Below, piece after piece: positions 9,548 through 18,979 of a stretch of 64,000 bases of DNA (position 1 is its first letter; each line of letters begins with the position of its first letter). A model generated the notes under the pieces. It did not search any database, was not told the origin of the DNA, and was given only the letters and a program-made list of their open reading frames with translations. The position numbers and the translations under genes were made by a program. This DNA comes from a virus: IMG/VR virus record IMGVR_UViG_3300027749_000040, positions 96,001 to 160,000 of that record. One strand, 5' to 3'.

Positions 9548-10476
9548 TGCGTATTGATGAAGTTGTTCGTGTGCAGAATCCAATGGGCGGTGACTACAAG
9601 TCACAGCTTGATAGAGACCGTGCCGCTGCCGCAGTAAGAGCACAACGTCAAGCAAATAGAGAAATTTCCAATCGTGGTCCTGTATCTGGAGCAAAGTCTG
9701 GTACTGATCCACAGGGTGGTATGTTCACTCCAGGAGCAGTCACTACTAAATCTTATAACAATGCATTGACTAAACAGTTTGCAAGACCTGCAGGTCAAGG
9801 TAAAGGTTTAGATATAATGGGTAAACCATTACAACAACCTGTACAACGTAAAGTTGAACCTGCAACCCAAACAACACAACCCACACAACAAACACCGCAA
9901 CCTACACAGGCAGCGCAACAAAATCAATCATGGGTAGGGCAAAATACTGATATACCCGCAGTGCAACGCAAACAACAAGCACAACAGGGTCAACCATCAA
10001 CGACACCACCTGTAGTTGCAAAAACTCCGAATTTCAGTGGAGGTTCAACTGGTTACGCTACTGCGAATACTACATTCAAACCACCGGTAACAAAACCTGC
10101 ACAACAGCCAGTACAACAACCAACTACGCAACCTGCGGCCCAAACAACTGCGACTGCTGGAACCAGCGCACCCGCAACTACTTCTACTACTGTACCGCAA
10201 CAAACTGCACCACAAACAACCGATCGTCCTAATCCATATATGACACCTCAGGCAAATACACCAAGTGAGCCTGAACAACCGCAGACAATGCCAAATGAGC
10301 CAGTTAAAATTGGTGGACAAAAATTAAACCCGAATGATCCTAGTGATGCTAAGATATTGCAGATGATACAAAAACAATTACCACAAATGCCCACACCGCA
10401 AGTAGCGGCTGTAAAACAAGTAGCAGACAAAACTCTTGCTACACGCAGACGAAACAAGCCAAAGAAGCGTTTCTAA
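9547..10476 (+). CDS. Q/P/T-rich low-complexity protein
   Basis: MRIDEV start, long QPT-rich tract, basic C-terminus. Confidence 0.6.
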   Translation: MRIDEVVRVQNPMGGDYKSQLDRDRAAAAVRAQRQANREISNRGPVSGAKSGTDPQGGMFTPGAVTTKSYNNALTKQFARPAGQGKGLDIMGKPLQQPVQRKVEPATQTTQPTQQTPQPTQAAQQNQSWVGQNTDIPAVQRKQQAQQGQPSTTPPVVAKTPNFSGGSTGYATANTTFKPPVTKPAQQPVQQPTTQPAAQTTATAGTSAPATTSTTVPQQTAPQTTDRPNPYMTPQANTPSEPEQPQTMPNEPVKIGGQKLNPNDPSDAKILQMIQKQLPQMPTPQVAAVKQVADKTLATRRRNKPKKRF

Positions 10477-10487
10477 AAAGGGTAAAT

Positions 10488-10511
10488 AAACCGCATAAAA
10501 ATATGCGGTTT
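10488..10511. repeat. 10-bp inverted repeat AAACCGCATA-aaaa-TATGCGGTTT (possible terminator or processing hairpin)
   Basis: Perfect stem directly after the stop at 10476. Confidence 0.6.
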
Positions 10512-10522
10512 CCCACATATGG

Positions 10523-10562
10523 CATAAATACTATTGACATGAGAGTAAAGTACTGCTATACT
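10523..10562 (+). promoter_or_regulatory. Tandem late (CATAAATA 10523-10530) and sigma70 (TTGACA 10534-10539, 17 bp, TATACT 10557-10562) promoters for SSB
   Basis: Both motifs read directly; extended -10 TGn present. Confidence 0.8.
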
Positions 10563-10575
10563 TACACTTGTGTTA

Positions 10576-10615
10576 GACATTCATGGTGAGTGTCGAATAC
10601 TAAAACAGAGACCAT
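10576..10615 (+). promoter_or_regulatory. Candidate H-type pseudoknot in SSB mRNA leader
   Basis: GACATTC/GAGTGTC stem; loop ATGGT complementary to ACCAT at 10611-10615. Confidence 0.5.
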
Positions 10616-10639
10616 CTCAATTTTATTAAGGAAAATATC

Positions 10640-11635
10640 ATGGCATCATTAGCAGACATTCGTGCTCGTATCGCGGCACAAGAAAACAAAACAAGCAATA
10701 AGGGTTCTAACACCCAATCTGATAACTCAGTTTACGCACACTGGAACATGGATGAAGGCACTACTGCCAGCATTCGTTTCTTACCAGATGGTAACTCAAA
10801 GAATGATTTCTTTTGGGTAGAAAAACAAATTATCAAACTTCCATTCAATGGCGTTAAAGGTGATTCTAACGTTAAACGTATTGAAGTACAAGTACCGTGT
10901 GTAGAAATGTATGGTGATAACTGCCCTATCTTGGCAGAAGTTCGTCCTTGGTATAAAGACGAATCATTGAAAGAAATGGCAAACAAGTATTGGAAGAAGC
11001 GTAGTTATCTATTCCAAGGTTTTGTTCGTCAGAACCCACTTGGTGATGACAAGACACCTGCGAACCCTATTCGTAGATTCATCATCAGCCCACAAATCAT
11101 CCCAATTGTTAAAGCTGGATTGATGGATCCAGAGATTGAAGAATTGCCAACAGACTTCTTGCGTGGTCTTGACTTTAACATCAAGAAAACAAGCAAAGGT
11201 GGTTATGCTGATTACTCAACAAGTAACTGGGCACGTAAAGAAACTCCTCTAACAGAAGCAGAACAAACTGCTATTGAAGCGCATGGATTATTTGACCTTG
11301 CTAGCTTTCTTCCAAAGAAGCCCGGAGAAGCAGAATTGCGTATCATCAAAGAAATGTTTGAAGCATCAGTTGATGGTCAACCGTATGACAATGAACGCTG
11401 GGGTAATTACTATCGTCCATATGGATTAGAAGCACCAGCAGGAGCTACGGCACAAACAACAGCGACTATTGCAACCAGCGCACCCGTAGCAACTCCTGTA
11501 GCAGGAACTTCTACTACACCCTGGGATGAAGAAGCATCTACAACATCATCGGCTCCTATTGAAGTTCCAAAAACAACTTCAACGGATAAAGCACAAGACA
11601 TCTTAGCGATGATTCGTGCTAGACAAAATAAGTAA
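10640..11635 (+). CDS. Single-stranded DNA-binding protein (T4 gp32-like)
   Basis: IRFLP, CPI, KYWKKRSY, G.DFNIKKTSKGGYADYSTS.W; AAGGA SD; lies upstream of uvsX/uvsY. Confidence 0.9.
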   Translation: MASLADIRARIAAQENKTSNKGSNTQSDNSVYAHWNMDEGTTASIRFLPDGNSKNDFFWVEKQIIKLPFNGVKGDSNVKRIEVQVPCVEMYGDNCPILAEVRPWYKDESLKEMANKYWKKRSYLFQGFVRQNPLGDDKTPANPIRRFIISPQIIPIVKAGLMDPEIEELPTDFLRGLDFNIKKTSKGGYADYSTSNWARKETPLTEAEQTAIEAHGLFDLASFLPKKPGEAELRIIKEMFEASVDGQPYDNERWGNYYRPYGLEAPAGATAQTTATIATSAPVATPVAGTSTTPWDEEASTTSSAPIEVPKTTSTDKAQDILAMIRARQNK

Positions 11636-11680
11636 TACTTATTGGATAGGGAGCACTTGCTTCCTTCCTTAGGAACCACG

Positions 11681-11911
11681 ATGACACTACCAGACGAACG
11701 CTACCGCGCCATTAAGCAAGGTAAAAAACTGTTAGAGGAACTATGCGACCCAGGTCGTACACCTAGGGTGCCGGGCATCATTAGAGATAGAGCTAGAGGT
11801 GCATTAAGACATTTCCCGCAAGATTGGGAAATTGATTCAATGGCAGAAAAATGTCCAGATATGCTAGACAAACAACCATTCAGCGTGTATACTAATGGCA
11901 TACACAAATAA
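11681..11911 (+). CDS. Small conserved protein (BPSL0761-like, MTLPDERYRA)
   Basis: AGGA SD before ATG 11681; MT.P.ER.RA...LRHFP pattern. Confidence 0.55.
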   Translation: MTLPDERYRAIKQGKKLLEELCDPGRTPRVPGIIRDRARGALRHFPQDWEIDSMAEKCPDMLDKQPFSVYTNGIHK

Positions 11912-11924
11912 CAAGGAGAATAAT

Positions 11925-12119
11925 ATGGCTAAGAAATTAAACAAACTAGAAAAAGTAAATGAATCATTTACGGTCAATCGATATGATAACGGCTTTATGA
12001 TTGAAGTCGGTGGAAGAGACAAAGAGAATGATTGGAAAACTTGTAAAATTATGTGCGCTACTGAGGTAGAACTTTTTGAAGTAATCAAAGAAGCACTTAG
12101 TATAGAAATGGATAATTAA
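11925..12119 (+). CDS. Small hypothetical protein
   Basis: AAGGAG SD before ATG 11925. Confidence 0.7.
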   Translation: MAKKLNKLEKVNESFTVNRYDNGFMIEVGGRDKENDWKTCKIMCATEVELFEVIKEALSIEMDN

Positions 12120-13187
12120 ATGGGAAAACCTTTTGACGTAAGTAAATTCCGCAAGGATATTACAAAAAGTATTGAAGGATTATCAATAGGATTTAACGAT
12201 CCTACCGATTGGATCTCGACAGGAAATTATGCTCTCAACTACCTCATTAGTGGTGATTTTAATAAAGGCGTACCTCTTGGTAAAGTTACTGTCTTTGCCG
12301 GAGAGTCAGGCGCCGGAAAATCATTTATCTGCTCAGGAAACCTCGTCAGACACGCACAACAACAAGGAATCTTTGTAGTCTTAATTGATAGCGAAAATGC
12401 ACTTGACGAAGCATGGTTACACGCACTGGGTGTATCTACTGCGGAAGATAAACTACTAAAACTTAACATGGCAATGATTGATGAAGTGGGAAAAACTATT
12501 TCTATGTTCGTCAAAGATTACAAAGCATTACCGGAAACAGATCGTCCTAAGGTATTGTTTGTTGTTGATAGTTTAGGCATGCTATTGACACCAACTGATG
12601 TTAATCAATTTGAAGCAGGTGACATGAAGGGTGACATGGGTCGTAAACCTAAAGCACTGACTGCACTTGTTCGTAACTGTGTAAACATGTTTGGTAGTCT
12701 AGGCATCGGCTTAGTTGCAACTAATCACACATATGCTTCACAAGATATGTTTGATCCAGATGATAAAATCAGTGGTGGTCAAGGTTTTGTCTATGCATCA
12801 AGTATTGTTGTTGCTATGAAGAAATTGAAACTTAAAGAAGATGAAGATGGTAATAAGATTAGTGAAGTGCGAGGTATTCGTGCGGCATGTAAAATTATGA
12901 AAACTCGTTATGCAAAACCATTTGAAAGTGTTCAAGTTAAGATTCCATATGAGACAGGTATGAGTCCCTACTCAGGCATGCTAGACATGATGGAGAAGGC
13001 AGAGCTTGTTAAAAAAGAAGGTAACAGTTTAGTCTATACAACACTTGATGGTGAAATCATTAAGAAGTTTCGTAAGGCATGGGAAGCAAACACAGACGGT
13101 TGCTTAGACACAGTTATGTCTGAGTATGGTAAAAAATCAAATTCAAAGATAAGTAATGTATCATCGGAGGAGGATGTTACAGCATGA
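12120..13187 (+). CDS. uvsX: RecA-like recombinase
   Basis: ISTG, GESGAGKS Walker A, IDSENA, VVDSLG, TNHTY, SGGQG. Confidence 0.92.
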   Translation: MGKPFDVSKFRKDITKSIEGLSIGFNDPTDWISTGNYALNYLISGDFNKGVPLGKVTVFAGESGAGKSFICSGNLVRHAQQQGIFVVLIDSENALDEAWLHALGVSTAEDKLLKLNMAMIDEVGKTISMFVKDYKALPETDRPKVLFVVDSLGMLLTPTDVNQFEAGDMKGDMGRKPKALTALVRNCVNMFGSLGIGLVATNHTYASQDMFDPDDKISGGQGFVYASSIVVAMKKLKLKEDEDGNKISEVRGIRAACKIMKTRYAKPFESVQVKIPYETGMSPYSGMLDMMEKAELVKKEGNSLVYTTLDGEIIKKFRKAWEANTDGCLDTVMSEYGKKSNSKISNVSSEEDVTA

Positions 13188-13435
13188 ACTTAGATTTTGT
13201 TGCAGAAGTGTGGGACGCATTGCGTTCGCATATTGATTTAAATGACCGTAGCGAAGCGGCCGATTCACTAGTCAATCTACTGATTGATAACAACTACGAA
13301 GCTGAAGATATCAAAAATGCCTTTAAGGGCGAGAAAGAAGTTATTACTGCACTCAAAGAGTATATAGCACAGCATGATACTGAAGAATCGTATGAAGATT
13401 ATGATGAAGATGACGCAGACGAAGAATGGGATTAA
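13184..13435 (+). CDS. Small acidic hypothetical protein
   Basis: GGAGG SD; D/E-rich C-terminus; between uvsX and uvsY. Confidence 0.7.
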   Translation: MNLDFVAEVWDALRSHIDLNDRSEAADSLVNLLIDNNYEAEDIKNAFKGEKEVITALKEYIAQHDTEESYEDYDEDDADEEWD

Positions 13436-13894
13436 ATGAACTGGTATACTCGTATCACACAAAATCTTGGTGTGATACCCGATTTCATAACTCACTATGA
13501 AGCTGAATTAATTTTGGCTAAACAAGAAGTCAAGATATATGGCAATGTTGAAAAGAACATTGCCGCTATCCCGGGTGTAACTGAACACCGTTTTAATCAA
13601 CTGCAAGAGATTGAAGCGGTGCTTAACTATCTCAATATACAATTACGGAGAATTCGCCGAAAACATTTTCAAAAATATTTAGAAGCGTATAATAGGGCAT
13701 TGACAAGCCGTGATGCTGAAAAGTACGCAGAAGGTGAAGATGAAGTAATTGATATGGAAGTGTTGATTAACGAAGTTGCCTTATTACGCAATAGATGGCT
13801 TGGCATTATGAAGGGTCTCGAAGCCAAACAATGGCAGATGGGACATATCGTGCGACTACGCACTAGTGGAATGGAAGATATTACAATTGGCTAA
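13436..13894 (+). CDS. uvsY: Recombination mediator
   Basis: Helical 152-aa protein, LTSRDAEKY..G...KGLEAKQWQM pattern, position downstream of uvsX. Confidence 0.7.
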   Translation: MNWYTRITQNLGVIPDFITHYEAELILAKQEVKIYGNVEKNIAAIPGVTEHRFNQLQEIEAVLNYLNIQLRRIRRKHFQKYLEAYNRALTSRDAEKYAEGEDEVIDMEVLINEVALLRNRWLGIMKGLEAKQWQMGHIVRLRTSGMEDITIG

Positions 13895-14732
13895 TTATAA
13901 CTTAAGCAAACAACTTGCAAATATAAATATCCGTAGTTCACAAATAACTAATAATGGTTATGGTGCAACGCCTACTATCTCGATAACCGGTACTAGTGGA
14001 GCCATCGCCGGTGGATATAGTGCTCAAACTATAAACTTAGGTAATTTAGAATTTGGATTTAATGATGATGTTAAAAAATACGAAGTCTATGAAATCAGCC
14101 AAGACCTATTAGCACTGAGCGTATGTTGGGCACGATATCGTAAGACTAGGGACACATTGCCGCACCTGCCTCAACCTACTATCACTAAACTATTAGACAG
14201 TGAATTGTTTCGCTTAGTAAGTGAAGACGATATTGCACACGCTAATATTATCCGTGATTATTACAGCAAGAAAATCATGGTATTAAAATTGAAGAATACA
14301 GGCTTTACCTCTTTCCGTGAAGATTTGAATACCTTTATTCACAGTGATGGTAAGATGTTTAAAGAAAACATGATGCCATTAGCATATCGTCTTCCTGAAT
14401 TCTATGAGTATGATGTTGAGTTTGAAAAAATGTTATTTGATTTCAACAGAGAAGTTAAGCGCATGGATCAACCTCATGTCGTTGACACCAAACAATTGAA
14501 GTTTGTAAAACAGCTATCAGTCAACACTAAACGCTACAAGCGCAAAGAATATTGGTTTAGTGACAGGTCTAATAATCTAGTGAACATTAATATAGATACT
14601 AGTAATCCATTGATTTCATTGATGGATATGACAGTGAATAAAAATGACATTACTATTAAAGGCAAATTTAAAAAATGTTCACGTGATGGTAATGAGTTTA
14701 TAAAAACTGATAACAAGTTTACATTTGTGTAA
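13887..14732 (+). CDS. Hypothetical protein
   Basis: ORF 13866-14732; in-frame TTG 13887 overlapping the uvsY end is the likelier start. Confidence 0.6.
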   Translation: MANYNLSKQLANINIRSSQITNNGYGATPTISITGTSGAIAGGYSAQTINLGNLEFGFNDDVKKYEVYEISQDLLALSVCWARYRKTRDTLPHLPQPTITKLLDSELFRLVSEDDIAHANIIRDYYSKKIMVLKLKNTGFTSFREDLNTFIHSDGKMFKENMMPLAYRLPEFYEYDVEFEKMLFDFNREVKRMDQPHVVDTKQLKFVKQLSVNTKRYKRKEYWFSDRSNNLVNINIDTSNPLISLMDMTVNKNDITIKGKFKKCSRDGNEFIKTDNKFTFV

Positions 14733-14741
14733 ATATGATTA

Positions 14742-15767
14742 ATGGATCAATATCAATTAGTCTCACGCTGGATACAAGGCAAGATACCCGGTAAAATACT
14801 ACCCTGGCAGATAGACTTAGACACTACTAATATCTGCAATCAAGCCTGCTATTACTGTAACACCGAGCAATTCAGAAATGATATGCCGGTTTACCAGTCT
14901 GTGGAACAATATATTAAATTAATTGACAGACTACACAACTGGCGTAAGTATGACAGTAATGTCATAGGAACATTAAGTAATGTGATCTTTAGTGGTGGAG
15001 GGGAACCCACATTACTTCCTGGATATGAAGATTTATTAGAAGACGTAATTGATAAAGGTTATGTTGCCGCAATGAATACTAACGGCACAAAACTACACAA
15101 GATACTGACAATTGATACAGATAAACTAAAGCAAATGGCTTATATAGGTTTAGATATTGACAGCGGGAATCCTGATACATATGAGTTAATACGCAAAAGC
15201 AAAATGTCGGATAGTCCCTTCAATAGAGTCAAAGAGACAGCAAAAGAATTAGGTAGTAAAGGTGTTCCGTTAGATATAAAAGCATTACTCATGCCTGAGA
15301 ATACAAGCCAATTAGAAATTAACAGTATATTTGAATATGCAAGAGATGTAAAAGCACGTGCAGTCCATTTACGCCCAATGGTATTGAATGGGCATAGTTT
15401 CATTATGAATGATGAAGTCAATACTAGAATAAAAATTGCAAGTGAGTTTTATAAAATCAATGCAGACATATCACTTGGGAGATATGACACAAGAACATAT
15501 ACACGATGCCATCAGATGTTTTTGTTTCCTAATTTCTGTGCCGATGGTAACATTTATCTATGCTGTGAGTATAAAGGCAGAGAAGATACTAAACTAGGAT
15601 CTTGGATCGATGATGACTTTAGAGATATATGGTGTAGTGATAAACACAAAGAAATTTACGATAATTTTATAACAAGTTTCTGTAAACCATGCAGACCCAA
15701 TTCAACTAATAATAAAATACAAAATTCTATTAATGATTATAGTCAGGTTATTAAGGGATTTATTTAA
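14742..15767 (+). CDS. Radical SAM/SPASM protein
   Basis: CNQACYYC, GGGEPT, NTNG; C-terminal C...GNIYLCC...CKPC; TGTAAATA at 14728-14735. Confidence 0.9.
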   Translation: MDQYQLVSRWIQGKIPGKILPWQIDLDTTNICNQACYYCNTEQFRNDMPVYQSVEQYIKLIDRLHNWRKYDSNVIGTLSNVIFSGGGEPTLLPGYEDLLEDVIDKGYVAAMNTNGTKLHKILTIDTDKLKQMAYIGLDIDSGNPDTYELIRKSKMSDSPFNRVKETAKELGSKGVPLDIKALLMPENTSQLEINSIFEYARDVKARAVHLRPMVLNGHSFIMNDEVNTRIKIASEFYKINADISLGRYDTRTYTRCHQMFLFPNFCADGNIYLCCEYKGREDTKLGSWIDDDFRDIWCSDKHKEIYDNFITSFCKPCRPNSTNNKIQNSINDYSQVIKGFI

Positions 15768-17074
15768 ATAGATTTGTCTTTATCCTGCACAAACGTTGCA
15801 TAATCTCTTAACCTATGCCAAAAGTTTTTACGCATATTATCAGGATATTGAGAAGTTAGTAAATCATGATTATGATTAGTTATAATCATTGATTTATAGA
15901 AAAACTGTTTCTTTCTAGTATTATCCCAATTATGTATATCTTTGCAAATTTCTACTATTTTTAATAATCGTTCAGTTGGATCTTCAATATCATCATATGA
16001 TTCATCCCAAAAATCACTGAATGTTTTATACCCCATATTTTTTAAATTTTCTAATGTTTTATGTGGTCCTACTAAAATAAAGGGGTGTCGATGGACCATT
16101 GGTTTAAATATTTTTTCTGTATTAAAAATATCGTTATTTTGAAAATTGGTTTCAGTGACTATACTAATTAAACTACTTTGATAATACGGATCTATTGCAC
16201 CATATAAACCAGCCATTTCAGATGCACCGACAAATTCATCTATTTGTAGTGGCAACGTTGCTTGTATAGTATCTATATATTCCTCAGTTAATTCAAATTT
16301 AGCAATCAAATTACGATCAATTGCTTGTCTCCAAACATGATCATCATATCCTTCCCCTATAGGGAAATTAGATTTAAGACTCATTGTATAGTAAGTATCC
16401 TCTATTAACTTATTAATATGCCATAATATGAATAAGTTAATACGATGCCAACGATGCGCCCTGTTTATGCATAAAAATGTTTTTTCTATTTTAGTAAAAT
16501 CTATATTTTTTGTAAGTATGTCACGGGTAAGATTTTTATGTTCTGCCATTAATCTACTACACAACCATTCGAAATATTCTAAACAAGATATATTCATCCC
16601 TCGTTCAATTTGCTTTTTAAAACAATAATCTTTATAATATTTTTCACCGTTTACATTACCTGTTTGTAATATTACTTTTCTTAAAGGAATATCTTTTGTT
16701 TTTAAATATGCATGTATAGTGTCTAAAATATAATCATCTAATATAGATTCATTCCCCAAATTAAGAAATAAAAATCCATTTCTGCCTCTTATGCCATTAA
16801 ATGTATGAATAGACATATTAGTTGTAGCTAATAAATCTACTTCCGGATGATTAATCCAATCATCAGGATTTAACCCAAGTGTAATTGGATATATAAAATA
16901 ATCCATTTCTTTTAATAATACCGACGGTTTACATTCAAATCCACTAAGCTTATTAAAAAATTCAAATGTACCGTTATCTCTGATTAATTCAGATAATGAT
17001 TGATTAAAATTTTGATTATTAACTAATGGATAGTTGATTGCAAAATAATCAAAGGCTACTGTTATTCTACTCAT
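15764..17074 (-). CDS. Putative glycosyltransferase-like protein
   Basis: ISIVTET...TEKIFKPM...PFILVG...GYKTF motif resembles the ENS/TEK nucleotide-sugar-binding region of GT10-like enzymes; late promoter CATAAATA on minus strand at 17081-17088. Confidence 0.5.
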   Translation of the reverse strand: MSRITVAFDYFAINYPLVNNQNFNQSLSELIRDNGTFEFFNKLSGFECKPSVLLKEMDYFIYPITLGLNPDDWINHPEVDLLATTNMSIHTFNGIRGRNGFLFLNLGNESILDDYILDTIHAYLKTKDIPLRKVILQTGNVNGEKYYKDYCFKKQIERGMNISCLEYFEWLCSRLMAEHKNLTRDILTKNIDFTKIEKTFLCINRAHRWHRINLFILWHINKLIEDTYYTMSLKSNFPIGEGYDDHVWRQAIDRNLIAKFELTEEYIDTIQATLPLQIDEFVGASEMAGLYGAIDPYYQSSLISIVTETNFQNNDIFNTEKIFKPMVHRHPFILVGPHKTLENLKNMGYKTFSDFWDESYDDIEDPTERLLKIVEICKDIHNWDNTRKKQFFYKSMIITNHNHDLLTSQYPDNMRKNFWHRLRDYATFVQDKDKSI

Positions 17075-17102
17075 AGATGATATTTATGAGTGGTGGTCAA
17101 GG

Positions 17103-17131
17103 TTGACAATAATTGGACCCTGTGATACAAT
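17103..17131 (+). promoter_or_regulatory. Early sigma70 promoter
   Basis: TTGACA-17-TACAAT with TGn. Confidence 0.85.
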
Positions 17132-17161
17132 AGATGCTTATTCAGTCAAAAGGAGTTGTTC

Positions 17162-17374
17162 ATGGGTTACAAAGTTGTTGCAGACAAATATCAGATGGAT
17201 CAAATGCGTACCAAATATGGTCCTCGCAACGGTCTTGAAGGTCCGTTCAATTTCTCCGGTCGAGTGTTGTATTATGACAACAAAGAAGGTTCCTACTATG
17301 ATCCTACTACCGACTTCTATGTTGAACAAAGTGAAATGGACCTAATTCATGCTCAATTAATTGCCAAAATTTGA
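17162..17374 (+). CDS. Small early hypothetical protein
   Basis: AGGAG SD before ATG 17162; YYD..EG.YYDP.TDFY motif. Confidence 0.75.
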   Translation: MGYKVVADKYQMDQMRTKYGPRNGLEGPFNFSGRVLYYDNKEGSYYDPTTDFYVEQSEMDLIHAQLIAKI

Positions 17375-17399
17375 CAATAAATGGGCTTTCTGCTATAAT
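17371..17399 (+). promoter_or_regulatory. Early sigma70 promoter
   Basis: TTGACA-17-TATAAT, perfect consensus with TGn. Confidence 0.9.
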
Positions 17400-17432
17400 A
17401 GAATCTTAGACAGTAAAGAAAAGGATTACGAC

Positions 17433-17807
17433 ATGACTACAGAATTCAAATCTTGGGATGAGTTGACAGTGTTGGAACAGGCTCATGCTACATATTGGGA
17501 CATGTACAAGGATGCTTACGGAGTTCGTCCCCGTGGTATCGATACCTCAACTTGGACTCTTGCAGAGTTTGAAGCTGAGTTTGTAGTCCTCGGTCAAGCT
17601 ATTGAAGCTGAAGAAAAGGTCCGCAAAGAGGCACAAGCCCGCGCTATTGTGGAGTTTGAAAGCCGTGTTACAAATCTCATGCACAACGGTACTAGCCGTG
17701 AGCGTGTTATTGCATGGTTGATGGATGCTGAAAGTGCTAACGGAGATTTTGAGTACTTTTGTTATACACAGGGCTTGCCCTATCAATATTTTCGCAAGGT
17801 AGCATAA
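17433..17807 (+). CDS. Small early hypothetical protein (D.YKDAYG.RPR family)
   Basis: AAGGA SD before ATG 17433. Confidence 0.75.
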   Translation: MTTEFKSWDELTVLEQAHATYWDMYKDAYGVRPRGIDTSTWTLAEFEAEFVVLGQAIEAEEKVRKEAQARAIVEFESRVTNLMHNGTSRERVIAWLMDAESANGDFEYFCYTQGLPYQYFRKVA

Positions 17808-17808
17808 T

Positions 17809-17837
17809 TTGACAATAAATGGGTATTGTGCTATAAT
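17809..17837 (+). promoter_or_regulatory. Early sigma70 promoter
   Basis: TTGACA-17-TATAAT, perfect consensus with TGn. Confidence 0.9.
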
Positions 17838-17868
17838 AGAGTCTTATTCAGTCAAGTAAAGGAAACAA

Positions 17869-18873
17869 ATGACAAGCATCGTTCGCATTACTAGTGGTTC
17901 TTATCGCAATGAAACAATCAAAGGTGAAGTTTTCACACTGGTTAAAGGTTATCAACTTGGAAATAAAGGTGGTTTTGTGACAGTAAAAAATGAAGGTCAG
18001 TTCCCAGGGCGCGGCCCTCAGGTTCGTGTAAACGTTGACAATCAATCAATGATTGAATTTGTGTCAGGTCGTGATAGTGTCAAAGCAGAGACACCTAAAG
18101 AAACTGAAACAGAAGCAATGGACCGTATTGCATCACGTTTTGCAGTGCTTGATGAAATGTCTAAGGCATGTATCAGTGGTGAAATTCGTGCTATGATTGT
18201 GACAGGTCCTGCAGGTATTGGTAAGTCACACGGTGTGAACATTCAAATGGAAAAAGCAAGTATGTTTGACAGACTTGCTAGCAAAAAGGTTCGCTTTGAA
18301 GTTGTCAAAGGTGCAATGTCAGGTATTGGCTTGTTTGCTAAGTTGTACAAATTTAGTGATGCTAAAAATGTATTGGTATTTGATGATTGTGATATCTGGG
18401 AAGATCAGGATGCATTGAACGTACTAAAAGGTGCATTGGATTCAGGCAAGACACGTAGAATTTCGTGGAACAAAGATTCACGTATTTTGCGTGAAGAAGG
18501 TATCCCTAATAGTTTCAACTTCAACGGTTCTGTAATTTTCATTACAAACAAATCGTTTGATGCAAAGAAAGCCGGCAAAATGCAACCTCACTTGGATGCA
18601 TTGCAAAGTCGTTGTCACTTTTTGGACCTGACAGTTGACAGTGAGCGTGACAAAATGTTGCGTATCAAGCAAGTGCATCGGGATGCTGATGGTGGTTTGT
18701 TTGCTGAATATGATTTCACGCAAGAACAGACAGACGAAATTATGTCGTTCATCTGGGACAATCACAATAAATTGCGTGAAGTGTCCTTGCGTATGTGTTT
18801 GAAAGTTGCAGACTTGGTTAAGATTAGTGCTAACTGGCGCGAACTTGCTAAAGCAACTTGTATGAAAGGTTAA
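17869..18873 (+). CDS. P-loop (AAA+-like) ATPase, early
   Basis: GPAGIGKS Walker A, VLVFDDCD Walker B, IFITN sensor, ALQSR arginine finger. Confidence 0.85.
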   Translation: MTSIVRITSGSYRNETIKGEVFTLVKGYQLGNKGGFVTVKNEGQFPGRGPQVRVNVDNQSMIEFVSGRDSVKAETPKETETEAMDRIASRFAVLDEMSKACISGEIRAMIVTGPAGIGKSHGVNIQMEKASMFDRLASKKVRFEVVKGAMSGIGLFAKLYKFSDAKNVLVFDDCDIWEDQDALNVLKGALDSGKTRRISWNKDSRILREEGIPNSFNFNGSVIFITNKSFDAKKAGKMQPHLDALQSRCHFLDLTVDSERDKMLRIKQVHRDADGGLFAEYDFTQEQTDEIMSFIWDNHNKLREVSLRMCLKVADLVKISANWRELAKATCMKG

Positions 18874-18944
18874 CCCCTGCAGTGTGCGTAGAGGCAGTGT
18901 CAATAAGCCCTCTTCGATAAGTTTTTTCATAGGCTCTTTCTTTC

Positions 18945-18969
18945 GGGGAACTTAGGTTCCCCTTTTTTT
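18945..18969 (+). terminator. Rho-independent terminator
   Basis: GGGGAAC-TTAG-GTTCCCC followed by T7. Confidence 0.9.
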
Positions 18970-18979
18970 GCCTATTAAT

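Noticed and set aside
11645-11669. Hairpin after the SSB gene as a terminator
   Set aside because: Imperfect stem and no clear T-run; more likely a stabilising or processing element
17103-17868. Repeated elements as a CRISPR array or att sites
   Set aside because: They are promoter consensus sequences separated by whole genes; no cas or integrase gene present
18874-18944. Twister, hammerhead or HDV ribozyme, or tRNA
   Set aside because: Only superficial resemblance; required conserved cores and cloverleaf not found
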